Source: a virus
Reading direction: 5' to 3' (one strand)
IMG/VR virus record: IMGVR_UViG_3300042807_000125
DNA: 14,776 bases
The notes under the pieces are model-generated. The model saw nothing but the letters and a program-made list of their open reading frames with translations, was not told the origin of the DNA and did no database searches. The translations under genes were made by a program, and so were the position numbers. Below are positions 1-6,548 of this stretch, one piece after another; position 1 is the stretch's first letter, and the number at the start of each line of letters is the position of its first letter.

Positions 1-104
1 AAAGAAAGCACCGACATGAACCCGACAACAAACAACACTCACACAAACCGAGGACAAGGCGCGCAAGCGCCGCGTCAGCGCAAGCGAAGCGCGCGAGCAT
101 GACA
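1..104. repeat. Left copy of an exact 104-bp direct terminal repeat (identical to 14673..14776)
   Basis: Base-by-base comparison shows nt 1-104 (aaagaaagcaccgacatgaacc...gcgcgagcatgaca) equal nt 14673-14776. The repeat runs to both window edges and includes the terminase ATG (99-101 = 14771-14773). Confidence 0.95.
16..102 (+). CDS. Candidate 28-aa Arg/Lys-rich leader ORF (MNPTTNNTHTNRGQGAQAPRQRKRSARA), stop overlapping the terminase start (ATGA)
   Basis: ATG at 16 lies 7 nt after the purine tract GAAAG (4-8). The TGA at 100-102 overlaps the terminase ATG at 99-101. It is below the ORF-track length cut-off, and the only evidence is its geometry. Confidence 0.2.
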   Translation: MNPTTNNTHTNRGQGAQAPRQRKRSARA

Positions 105-1832
105 CGCAAACTAACCGAACACGACACAGCGATCTACAAACAGGCACGTGCTGAACTACTGCGCGACCAACCATTGTGTCATTGGTGCAAACGCAACACA
201 GCAACAGAACTAGACCACCTAGTCGAATCGGACAAAGGCGGAACAATAGAAGACGGATACGTCGCAGCATGCAAACCATGCAACTCTGCGCGCGGAGCAA
301 CATACCGAAACAAAAAACTAGCCAACGCAAAACACGCAAGGGAAAAAGCAATAAACGATTTTTTATACAGCTCCGAGATGCCCCCGAGCCCCATCCATCA
401 TTTTGTCGCCACCAGCCCTGATCAGCCTAAACTGGCGCCAACTGGCCATGATCGGCCGAGACTGGAAACGATCATCCCAGACCATGCCGGCTCACTAGCT
501 GGACTTGTGGGGGACATGGCTAAGAAGGTGCTTCAGATTGATTTGATGCCTTGGCAAATACATGCTCTTGAGGGAATTCTGGCGGTTGACGCTGATCAAA
601 AGTTTGTGCATCGTTCGAGCCTTGTGTCGGTTGCGCGTCAGAACGGTAAGACAACAATTATTCAGGCGTTGATCTTGTTTTGGCTTGTGGAGATGCCAAA
701 GATTCGAGGCGGTAAGCAGACTGTTGTTTCGGGCGCGCACCGCTTGGATTTGGCTTGCTTGTTGTTTGATGATTTGGCACCAATCCTTGAGGAGTATTAC
801 GGAGCCAAGATCGTAAAGTCGTACGGCCGTTATCAGGCCACAATGCCAGACGGCAGCAAGTGGTGGGTAAAAGCATTAAAGCCAAACCAAGGTCACGGTA
901 TGAGCATTGACCTAGTGATCGTTGACGAACTTTTTGACGTCAACCCTGACTCTGTAGAAGGCGGTCTGTTGCCGGCACAGCGCGCACGTAAAAATCCCTT
1001 GGCGTGTTTCTTTAGCACGGCTGGCACGGAAGAATCGGTGCTGTTTCAGCGTTGGCGTGAGGCTGGCATTCGAGCAATTGACAAAGGTGAGCCGTCAACG
1101 ATGTATATGGCGGAATGGTCGCCTGACCCAAGTCTTGACCCGTTGCATCCAGCGTCATGGGCGTGGGGTAATCCTGCACTTGGCCACACGTTGGACATGG
1201 ACACCATCAGGCAAGAGTCCACCAACCCTGATCGTGCATCATTTTTGCGCGCATCCCTAAACCTTTGGGTAAGTGTTGTGCGCGGATGGATTGAGCCAGG
1301 TCGTTGGCCGTCATTGGAATACACAGGTGACATCCCTAGCGGTGGGGTCGTGGCGATCGAGTCTTCGCTGGACGATTCCCGATACAGCGCGACCAGATGC
1401 GTCAACCTGTCAGACGGTCGGGTGCTTGTCACCGTGGCATTTATTGCCGAGTCAATTACAGAGCTGTGGGAAAACGTGCATGAACTTGCCAAAGACCCGA
1501 CGATCAGGTTCGCCCTGTCGCCGACCGTGGACGCAACGTGCCCACCGAACATTGAGCGCCGCAGGGTCGTGGTCGGCTACGCCGAACTTGGACGGTTTAC
1601 ACCGCTAGCCAAAAACATGATCGCCGAAGCACGCTTACTGCACACAGGAGAAAAACTGTTAGCCGAACACGTTCAGCGCGCGGTTGCGGTACGCACGGAT
1701 AACACCATAGTTTTGTCCAGTAAGCGGAGTCCAGGGCCTATTGAATTAGCGCGAACAATGGTCTGGGGAATTGGCATGTGTGCCCGTCCAGTTAACAGCG
1801 GAAAGCCCATGCTTGTCGCGGTAAATAACTAA
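99..1832 (+). CDS. HNH endonuclease fused to large terminase subunit (577 aa)
   Basis: N-terminus has a Zn-finger HNH motif: C27-x2-C30, D39-H40, C58-x2-C61-N62 (nt about 177-296). From about residue 145 it shows Terminase_1-type TerL features: DLMPWQ, Walker A VARQNGKT (630-653), Walker B-like DLVIVDE, and a C-terminal RNaseH-like segment (VVAIESSLDDSRYSATRCV). The ORF is single and uninterrupted. Confidence 0.9.
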   Translation: MTRKLTEHDTAIYKQARAELLRDQPLCHWCKRNTATELDHLVESDKGGTIEDGYVAACKPCNSARGATYRNKKLANAKHAREKAINDFLYSSEMPPSPIHHFVATSPDQPKLAPTGHDRPRLETIIPDHAGSLAGLVGDMAKKVLQIDLMPWQIHALEGILAVDADQKFVHRSSLVSVARQNGKTTIIQALILFWLVEMPKIRGGKQTVVSGAHRLDLACLLFDDLAPILEEYYGAKIVKSYGRYQATMPDGSKWWVKALKPNQGHGMSIDLVIVDELFDVNPDSVEGGLLPAQRARKNPLACFFSTAGTEESVLFQRWREAGIRAIDKGEPSTMYMAEWSPDPSLDPLHPASWAWGNPALGHTLDMDTIRQESTNPDRASFLRASLNLWVSVVRGWIEPGRWPSLEYTGDIPSGGVVAIESSLDDSRYSATRCVNLSDGRVLVTVAFIAESITELWENVHELAKDPTIRFALSPTVDATCPPNIERRRVVVGYAELGRFTPLAKNMIAEARLLHTGEKLLAEHVQRAVAVRTDNTIVLSSKRSPGPIELARTMVWGIGMCARPVNSGKPMLVAVNN

Positions 1833-1917
1833 GATAAACGCGGCGACCGCGCACCTTGCCTTTTGTCGGAATCGGATAAGTCATGCGCGGTTGCCACTTG
1901 TATGACAAAGTAGGAAC

Positions 1918-3024
1918 ATGGCGATCTTTAACAAAACCAAAAAAGCAGCAATAAGCCCAGCGCCAAGCGTGGCAGCTGCGGTTGCTGGCGGTTACACAAG
2001 TAACGCTGCCGGCGTAAGCATGATCGGCCAGTACTACAGTTACCAAGAAGGCGAAGCACGCAACCGCGCAATTAGCGTTCCAACAATCAACCGCGCTCGA
2101 GATTTGATGGCATCAGTAATTGGTTCAATGCCATTGCGTATGTACAACGAAATGTGGAACGGCGACGAAATGGAAAAAGTGTACATTGCGCCACGTTCAT
2201 GGTTGCGCCGACCAGACCCAACCGTGCCATATCAGTTCATCATGTCTTGGACACTTGACGATCTCATGATGTTTGGTCGCGCATTCTGGTACATCACATC
2301 ACGCACCGCTGACGGTTACGCCGCGTCCTACACCCGTTTGCCTGCCGGCTCAATAACCACGACCGACATGGTTGGTCCCGTCTGGTTCGCACCATCCAAA
2401 GAAGTGTATTTCAACGGCGGAATGTTAGACCCAGCAAACCTTGTTCAATTTCTATCACCAGCGCAAGGCATGATCTACTCGGCACCAGGCGCAATAGAAA
2501 CCGCGCTAAAACTTGAAGCAGCACGCAACCGTAACGCATCGTCAAGCATCCCTGCCGGCGTACTAAAACAAACTGGTGGCGAACCATTAAGCGCGCAAGA
2601 GTTGGCTGATTTGGCTAGCGCGTTTAATGCCGCTCGAGCAACAAATCAAACTGCTGCGCTTAACGAGTATTTGACATACACGGAAACAAACAGCACGCCA
2701 GACAAGATGCTATTGATTGAAGCATCGCAATATCAGGCGCTTGAAATGTCACGCCTAGCAAATGTACCCCCATATTTGGTGGGCGTGGCAACTGGCGCAT
2801 ACTCGTACCAGTCAAGCCAACAGGCGCGTGCGGATCTGTACTTGTTTGGCGTGAAGTTGTATGCCGACGCAATTGCAAGCGCATTGTCAATGGACAACGT
2901 GCTACCGCGTGGCACTTATGTTGAGTTTGACGCTGACGAATACCTAGAAGAAAACTTTATGGCCGACCGCGCAGACGACGAAGTAATTGTTAGAGAAAAC
3001 ACACAAGAGGAGTTATCACGATGA
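1918..3024 (+). CDS. Portal protein, HK97-type (368 aa)
   Basis: It sits directly after the terminase. Portal-like blocks are present: WLRRPDP, MFGRAFWYI, IPAGVLK, LSAQELADL, and QALEMSRLANVPPYLVG (the typical eIa..fgVPp.llg block). Its stop overlaps the next start (ATGA at 3021). Confidence 0.88.
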   Translation: MAIFNKTKKAAISPAPSVAAAVAGGYTSNAAGVSMIGQYYSYQEGEARNRAISVPTINRARDLMASVIGSMPLRMYNEMWNGDEMEKVYIAPRSWLRRPDPTVPYQFIMSWTLDDLMMFGRAFWYITSRTADGYAASYTRLPAGSITTTDMVGPVWFAPSKEVYFNGGMLDPANLVQFLSPAQGMIYSAPGAIETALKLEAARNRNASSSIPAGVLKQTGGEPLSAQELADLASAFNAARATNQTAALNEYLTYTETNSTPDKMLLIEASQYQALEMSRLANVPPYLVGVATGAYSYQSSQQARADLYLFGVKLYADAIASALSMDNVLPRGTYVEFDADEYLEENFMADRADDEVIVRENTQEELSR

Positions 3025-4619
3025 TCAAACTAATTGCAGGAGAGTTCACGCTTGACGCTGCCAAAGGCGACGCACCACGACGCACCATAAGCGGAGTAGC
3101 CGTCCCATACAACGTGCCGGCAGTAGTCAGCGATGGCACAGCTGTGATCTTTCGTCCAGGCTCATTGCCAGTTGAAGGCAAAGCACCACGTCTATTTATG
3201 TACCACCAGGCTGATATGCCAGTCGGCGTTGTCACGGAACGTGCAGAAACCGAGCAAGGAATGTTGTTTAGCGCCAAAATCAGCGCAACCAGCCTCGGCA
3301 ACGACGCTCTTGTCATGGCCATGGATGGCACCATTGACCAAGTATCCGTTGGCGTAAATCCAACCAAGTTCTCGTACGACGAAGAAGGCACAATGGTCAT
3401 TGAGGCCGCCGACTGGATGGAATTGTCCCTAGTTCCGATCGGCGCTTTTGGCGATGCAGCAAACATCACCAAAGTCGCAGCGAGTATCCACCAAGAGCCC
3501 GAAGAAGTAGTGTTAAATGAAGAAGCAACCCCAGTAGAGGAGAAACAAGAAATGTCCGAAGTAAACGAAAACGCAGTCGAGGCAACCATCCCTACTGCAC
3601 CAGTATTTGCACAAGCAAAGCGCAAGTTTGATCTGCCAACCGCAGGCGAATACCTCGCAGCAATGCACATCGGCGGAGAAACATTCCGCAACGTTGCAGC
3701 AGCCGCACGCGAGTTTGCAATCTCAAAGCAAACGGCATTACAAGCAGCTGCAGGTGACGTGCTCACCACCGATACACCTGGTCTTTTGCCAGTACCAGTT
3801 CTTGGCCCAGTATTTGAGGACTTGAACTACATCCGTCCAGTAGTCGCAGCAGTAGGCGCTCGCGCAATGCCAGACGGTGGCAATCAAAAAACTTTTATCC
3901 GTCCAACGTGGACAACCCACACGTCGGTAGGCGCACAGTCACCTGAACTTTCAGGAGTATCAGCAACAACCCCAATTATTGCCTCGAACGTGTGCACAAA
4001 AACAACCCTAGCTGGGCAGGTCACCCTCTCAGTTCAGGATGTTGACTTCACGAGCCCCGCAGCAATGGAAATTATTTTGCGTGACCTTGCAGGACAGTAC
4101 ATGTTGCAAAGCGACAACGTGGCAGCAGACGCCATCGTCGCCGGTGCACAAGCATCGGGCGCAACTTGGACAGTCAACCAGACAGACCCATCATCGTTGA
4201 TCACCGCGCTTTACGGTGCAGCAGTCAACATTTTGACCGACACCAACTTCTTGCCTGATCACATTTTTGTGTCACCAAACGTTTGGGAATTGTTGGGTCG
4301 TCAGCTTGACGTGGACAAGCGTCCAGTATTCCCTTACACGGGCGCAGCAGGACTCATGGGCGTAAACGGCATGGGCACAGGCGGAGTTACACAAGCAAAC
4401 GTATTCAACCCATTCGGATTGAACCTCGTTGCAGACCGCAACTTTGCCAGCAACACCATGGTCGTTGCACGCGGAACCGCAATCGAGTTTTACGAGCAGG
4501 TACGAGGATTGATGTCAGTAGAAGCACCATCAACCCTTGGCCGCACATTCTCGTATTACGGATACGTGTCCACATTCATCGCTGACGCCGACCAGGTGCA
4601 GTCGATCGCTTTGGCTTAG
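3021..4619 (+). CDS. Prohead protease (S78/HK97 family) - linker/delta-like region - HK97-fold major capsid protein, one 532-aa ORF
   Basis: Residues about 20-150 match the S78 protease pattern (ISGVAVPYN, LFMYHQADMPVGV with His62, IDQVSVGV with Ser109, ELSLVPIGAFGDA). Residues about 150-250 form an acidic/helical linker. Residues about 250-532 match the HK97 capsid pattern (LLPVPVLGPVFEDL, LAGQVTLSVQDVDF, HIFVSPNVWELL, FGLNLVADRN). Confidence 0.9.
   Translation: MIKLIAGEFTLDAAKGDAPRRTISGVAVPYNVPAVVSDGTAVIFRPGSLPVEGKAPRLFMYHQADMPVGVVTERAETEQGMLFSAKISATSLGNDALVMAMDGTIDQVSVGVNPTKFSYDEEGTMVIEAADWMELSLVPIGAFGDAANITKVAASIHQEPEEVVLNEEATPVEEKQEMSEVNENAVEATIPTAPVFAQAKRKFDLPTAGEYLAAMHIGGETFRNVAAAAREFAISKQTALQAAAGDVLTTDTPGLLPVPVLGPVFEDLNYIRPVVAAVGARAMPDGGNQKTFIRPTWTTHTSVGAQSPELSGVSATTPIIASNVCTKTTLAGQVTLSVQDVDFTSPAAMEIILRDLAGQYMLQSDNVAADAIVAGAQASGATWTVNQTDPSSLITALYGAAVNILTDTNFLPDHIFVSPNVWELLGRQLDVDKRPVFPYTGAAGLMGVNGMGTGGVTQANVFNPFGLNLVADRNFASNTMVVARGTAIEFYEQVRGLMSVEAPSTLGRTFSYYGYVSTFIADADQVQSIALA
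3552..4619 (+). CDS. Candidate nested in-frame product: delta/scaffold-like region plus major capsid protein without the protease (355 aa)
   Basis: In-frame ATG (codon 178) at 3552 is preceded by GAGGAG (3537-3542) with 9-nt spacing. It falls at the protease/capsid domain boundary. Confidence 0.35.
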   Translation: MSEVNENAVEATIPTAPVFAQAKRKFDLPTAGEYLAAMHIGGETFRNVAAAAREFAISKQTALQAAAGDVLTTDTPGLLPVPVLGPVFEDLNYIRPVVAAVGARAMPDGGNQKTFIRPTWTTHTSVGAQSPELSGVSATTPIIASNVCTKTTLAGQVTLSVQDVDFTSPAAMEIILRDLAGQYMLQSDNVAADAIVAGAQASGATWTVNQTDPSSLITALYGAAVNILTDTNFLPDHIFVSPNVWELLGRQLDVDKRPVFPYTGAAGLMGVNGMGTGGVTQANVFNPFGLNLVADRNFASNTMVVARGTAIEFYEQVRGLMSVEAPSTLGRTFSYYGYVSTFIADADQVQSIALA

Positions 4620-4623
4620 TCAA

Positions 4624-4640
4624 GAGCGGGCTAACCGCTC
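4624..4640 (+). promoter_or_regulatory. Stem-loop GAGCGG-gctaa-CCGCTC between the capsid stop and the next ATG
   Basis: Perfect 6-bp stem (4624-4629 / 4635-4640) with a 5-nt loop. It starts 5 nt after the capsid TAG and ends at the base before ATG 4641. There is no U-tract, so it is not a classical intrinsic terminator. Confidence 0.4.
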
Positions 4641-5273
4641 ATGGCAACATACACAGTTACCAACAAGTACCTGATTGACAACTTTGCCGTACTGCAACTC
4701 CTGACCCCATCGGAGATTGCAGTCGGCAATTCAATCACGGTTGCTGGGGTTGATGCAACATTTAACGGTACCTACACGGTGCGCGCATTGCCACAGTATT
4801 TGTTTATTGGTATTGATACGCAAGGCGATCTGCTTTACGACTACCAGTTTCCTATTGCCGATCAGGTGTTGTATGCCAAAACCGCTAATGGCGTTGATCG
4901 AGTGGCGGCGTCTGGCACCGTGTCCTATGCGCCAGTTTGCACATGGGTAACGGCCTCGGATGTTATGATTTATCTTGGCATTACCATTGCTAACCCGTCA
5001 GACGATTACACGTTGCTCACGCAATCCGTGTCAGCAGGCAACCAGTTCTGTTATCGCAGGCGTCAGGAAAGCGGTTATATCGACTCCCTAACGACCTCGC
5101 CAGGCGGAGACGCAACATTAGGCACCTTGATGTATTGCGCCGCTCTATGGCGCTCTAGAGGGTCAATAGAGGCAACCTACGCCACGTTTGACGGCATGGG
5201 TTCGGCACCACAGCAAAGCCTGACCCCGATCGTCAAGCAGCTGCTTGGCATCCCACGTCCAGCGGTTGCCTAA
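4641..5273 (+). CDS. Head-tail adaptor/connector (gp6-like C-terminal half) with an extra ~100-aa N-terminal domain (210 aa)
   Basis: It sits directly after the capsid gene. The C-terminal half (WVTASDVMIYLGI...DDYTLLTQSVSAGNQFCYRRR) resembles the Phage_connect_1/gp6 pattern. The N-terminal half has no match I recognise. Confidence 0.5.
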   Translation: MATYTVTNKYLIDNFAVLQLLTPSEIAVGNSITVAGVDATFNGTYTVRALPQYLFIGIDTQGDLLYDYQFPIADQVLYAKTANGVDRVAASGTVSYAPVCTWVTASDVMIYLGITIANPSDDYTLLTQSVSAGNQFCYRRRQESGYIDSLTTSPGGDATLGTLMYCAALWRSRGSIEATYATFDGMGSAPQQSLTPIVKQLLGIPRPAVA

Positions 5274-5635
5274 TGGCTTACACCGACCTGTTCAACGAAG
5301 CAATTGATGACGTCACCGCAACGCTGACCGCTGTGTCTGGGCTCCGTGTTGTCAACGACCCAACAAAACTTGTGCCAAATTGCGTGTATTTGGATGCACC
5401 AAACTTCACAACAATTGCTGGCAACGGCAACGTGATACGCCTCGAGTTCCCTGTAAAGGTGATCGGGTCAGGCCCAGCAGGTCTGCCGGTACTGCGTCAA
5501 ATTTTAAGCATTGTGGCAAGCGTGCTTGGCTCGCCGATTATTGTTATGGCTGGCCGTCCGTCAAGCCTTGAGATTGGTGGCGCGCTATACCCGTGCTACG
5601 ACCTTGATTGCGCTATCCAAGCCCAGACTTCGTAA
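5273..5635 (+). CDS. Small head-tail joining / tail-terminator-like structural protein (120 aa), function uncertain
   Basis: TAATG overlap with the adaptor gene. Its size and its position between the adaptor and tail tube genes fit this role, but no diagnostic motif is present. Confidence 0.45.
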   Translation: MAYTDLFNEAIDDVTATLTAVSGLRVVNDPTKLVPNCVYLDAPNFTTIAGNGNVIRLEFPVKVIGSGPAGLPVLRQILSIVASVLGSPIIVMAGRPSSLEIGGALYPCYDLDCAIQAQTS

Positions 5636-5693
5636 TCCACTACGAGCGAACATAAATAATCTAATATCAGAACAGAACTAAGGAGCAACACAC

Positions 5694-6107
5694 ATGGCTA
5701 GCGCAACATACCTCTCGAATCCAGTCCTCACGATCAACAGCGTTGATTTGACCGACATGTGCACCGCAGCGACATTGACCTACCTGGTTGAAGCGCTCGA
5801 AGACACCGCATTTGGCACCAACTCACGCAGTTACACCGCAGGCCTTGCCAACAACGAAGTAACCTTGACGATGTACGCATCATTTGCTGCAACCGAAACT
5901 TACGCAACATTGCAGCCTTTGGTTGGCACCAAAACCAACATCACCTTGCAACCAGCATCAGGCAGCGAATCAGCAACCAACCCAAAGTTTGTTTTGACTG
6001 GTTGCTACCTTGAATCATTGCCAGTTATCAACGCATCCCTTGGCGAATTGTCAACCTATGACCTCACGTTCATGGGTGGCGCGTTGACGATTGACACCAC
6101 CGTATAA
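5694..6107 (+). CDS. Major tail (tube) protein (137 aa)
   Basis: It has the strongest SD in the window (AAGGAG 5680-5685, 8 nt before the ATG), after an AT-rich spacer. It lies directly upstream of the chaperone/frameshift pair and the tape measure. The protein is small and rich in beta-forming Thr/Ala residues. Confidence 0.6.
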   Translation: MASATYLSNPVLTINSVDLTDMCTAATLTYLVEALEDTAFGTNSRSYTAGLANNEVTLTMYASFAATETYATLQPLVGTKTNITLQPASGSESATNPKFVLTGCYLESLPVINASLGELSTYDLTFMGGALTIDTTV

Positions 6108-6137
6108 ACAACGGCTCCAAGCCGACATAGGAGAAAC

Positions 6138-6437
6138 ATGAAAATCAAGTTGGAATTAAAGCGCACGCCCGACAGCGCGCCCGAGTACTACTACACCAAC
6201 CTGTTTGTGGTTACCGAATGGGAACGGCTTGAGCGTCGCAACATTCAGCAACTATCAACGCAACCGCTTTACAGCGATTACTGCTGTTGGATGCACACGA
6301 TTTTAAAACTTAAAGGCGAGCAAGTTGGCGACAACTGGCGTGAATGGATTAGCAAGAACCCAGAGCTGGAGATCATTCCGGTATTGGACGAGACTGACCC
6401 AAACCCTACGGACGCGGCACCTACCGCCGCCAACTAG
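6138..6437 (+). CDS. Tail assembly chaperone, zero-frame product (G-like, 99 aa)
   Basis: SD AGGAG lies upstream. The gene sits between the tail tube and tape measure genes, has an acidic C-terminus, and contains a slippery heptamer near its 3' end. Confidence 0.7.
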   Translation: MKIKLELKRTPDSAPEYYYTNLFVVTEWERLERRNIQQLSTQPLYSDYCCWMHTILKLKGEQVGDNWREWISKNPELEIIPVLDETDPNPTDAAPTAAN

Positions 6438-6547
6438 CAGAAATACTGGTTGCGGTCGGTTGGTGGCCTAGCGACATTGTGTTTGACGCTCGAGACATAG
6501 CAACGGTCATTAAAGTGCTTAACGAGGCAAACAAAAAACGGAGATGA
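6138..6547 (+). CDS. Tail assembly chaperone, -1 frameshift product (GT-like; join 6138..6404, 6404..6547; ~136 aa)
   Basis: After the slip the -1 frame reads PYGRGTYRRQLAEILVAVGWWPSDIVFDARDIATVIKVLNEANKKRR and stops at TGA 6545-6547. It lies in the conserved position upstream of the tape measure. Confidence 0.6.
6398..6404 (+). promoter_or_regulatory. -1 programmed ribosomal frameshift site C_CCA_AAC
   Basis: A canonical X_XXY_YYZ heptamer in the chaperone zero frame (GAC CCA AAC). The -1 frame has a TGA at 6395-6397 and opens exactly at 6398. A GC stem (6414-6418 GCGGC / 6426-6430 GCCGC) lies 9 nt downstream. Confidence 0.65.
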
Positions 6548-6548
6548 C

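Noticed and set aside
176-421. An 81-aa alternate-frame plus-strand ORF inside the HNH region
   Set aside because: It is an Arg/Gln/Asn-rich product of the A/C-rich composition. The overlapping frame carries a complete HNH motif.
516-1832. A possible terminase-only product initiating at in-frame ATG 516 (M140, MAKKVLQIDLMPWQ...)
   Set aside because: It would make a plausible TerL N-terminus, but the only purine tract (GGGGGA 509-514) lies 1 nt from the ATG, too close for an SD. It is worth checking by proteomics but is not supported by the sequence.
1839-1851. Hairpin CGCGG-cga-CCGCG after the terminase stop as an intrinsic terminator
   Set aside because: The stem is only 5 bp with a 3-nt loop, and the T-run (CTTTTGT) is displaced by about 9 nt. 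Termination between terminase and portal is also unlikely.
2990-3769. A 259-aa minus-strand ORF, together with the other minus-strand ORFs in the track (for example 1046-1552, 7336-7764, 7780-8172, 13043-13402)
   Set aside because: Each lies wholly antisense to a plus-strand gene that has strong family motifs. They are low-complexity (Ala/Ser/Thr/Arg/Cys-rich), lack SD sequences, and break the otherwise single-strand, overlap-coupled gene layout. I treat them as shadow ORFs.
6435-6548. Amber (TAG) readthrough or reassignment joining the chaperone ORF to the gp10-like ORF, which share a frame and are separated only by TAGs at 6435 and 6498. A second +1 shift at AAA AAA CGG (6533-6541) was also considered.
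   Set aside because: The capsid gene also ends in TAG, so TAG works as a stop here. The gp10-like ORF has its own well-spaced GGAG plus GTG and a family-typical N-terminus. The canonical -1 heptamer explains the gap more simply.
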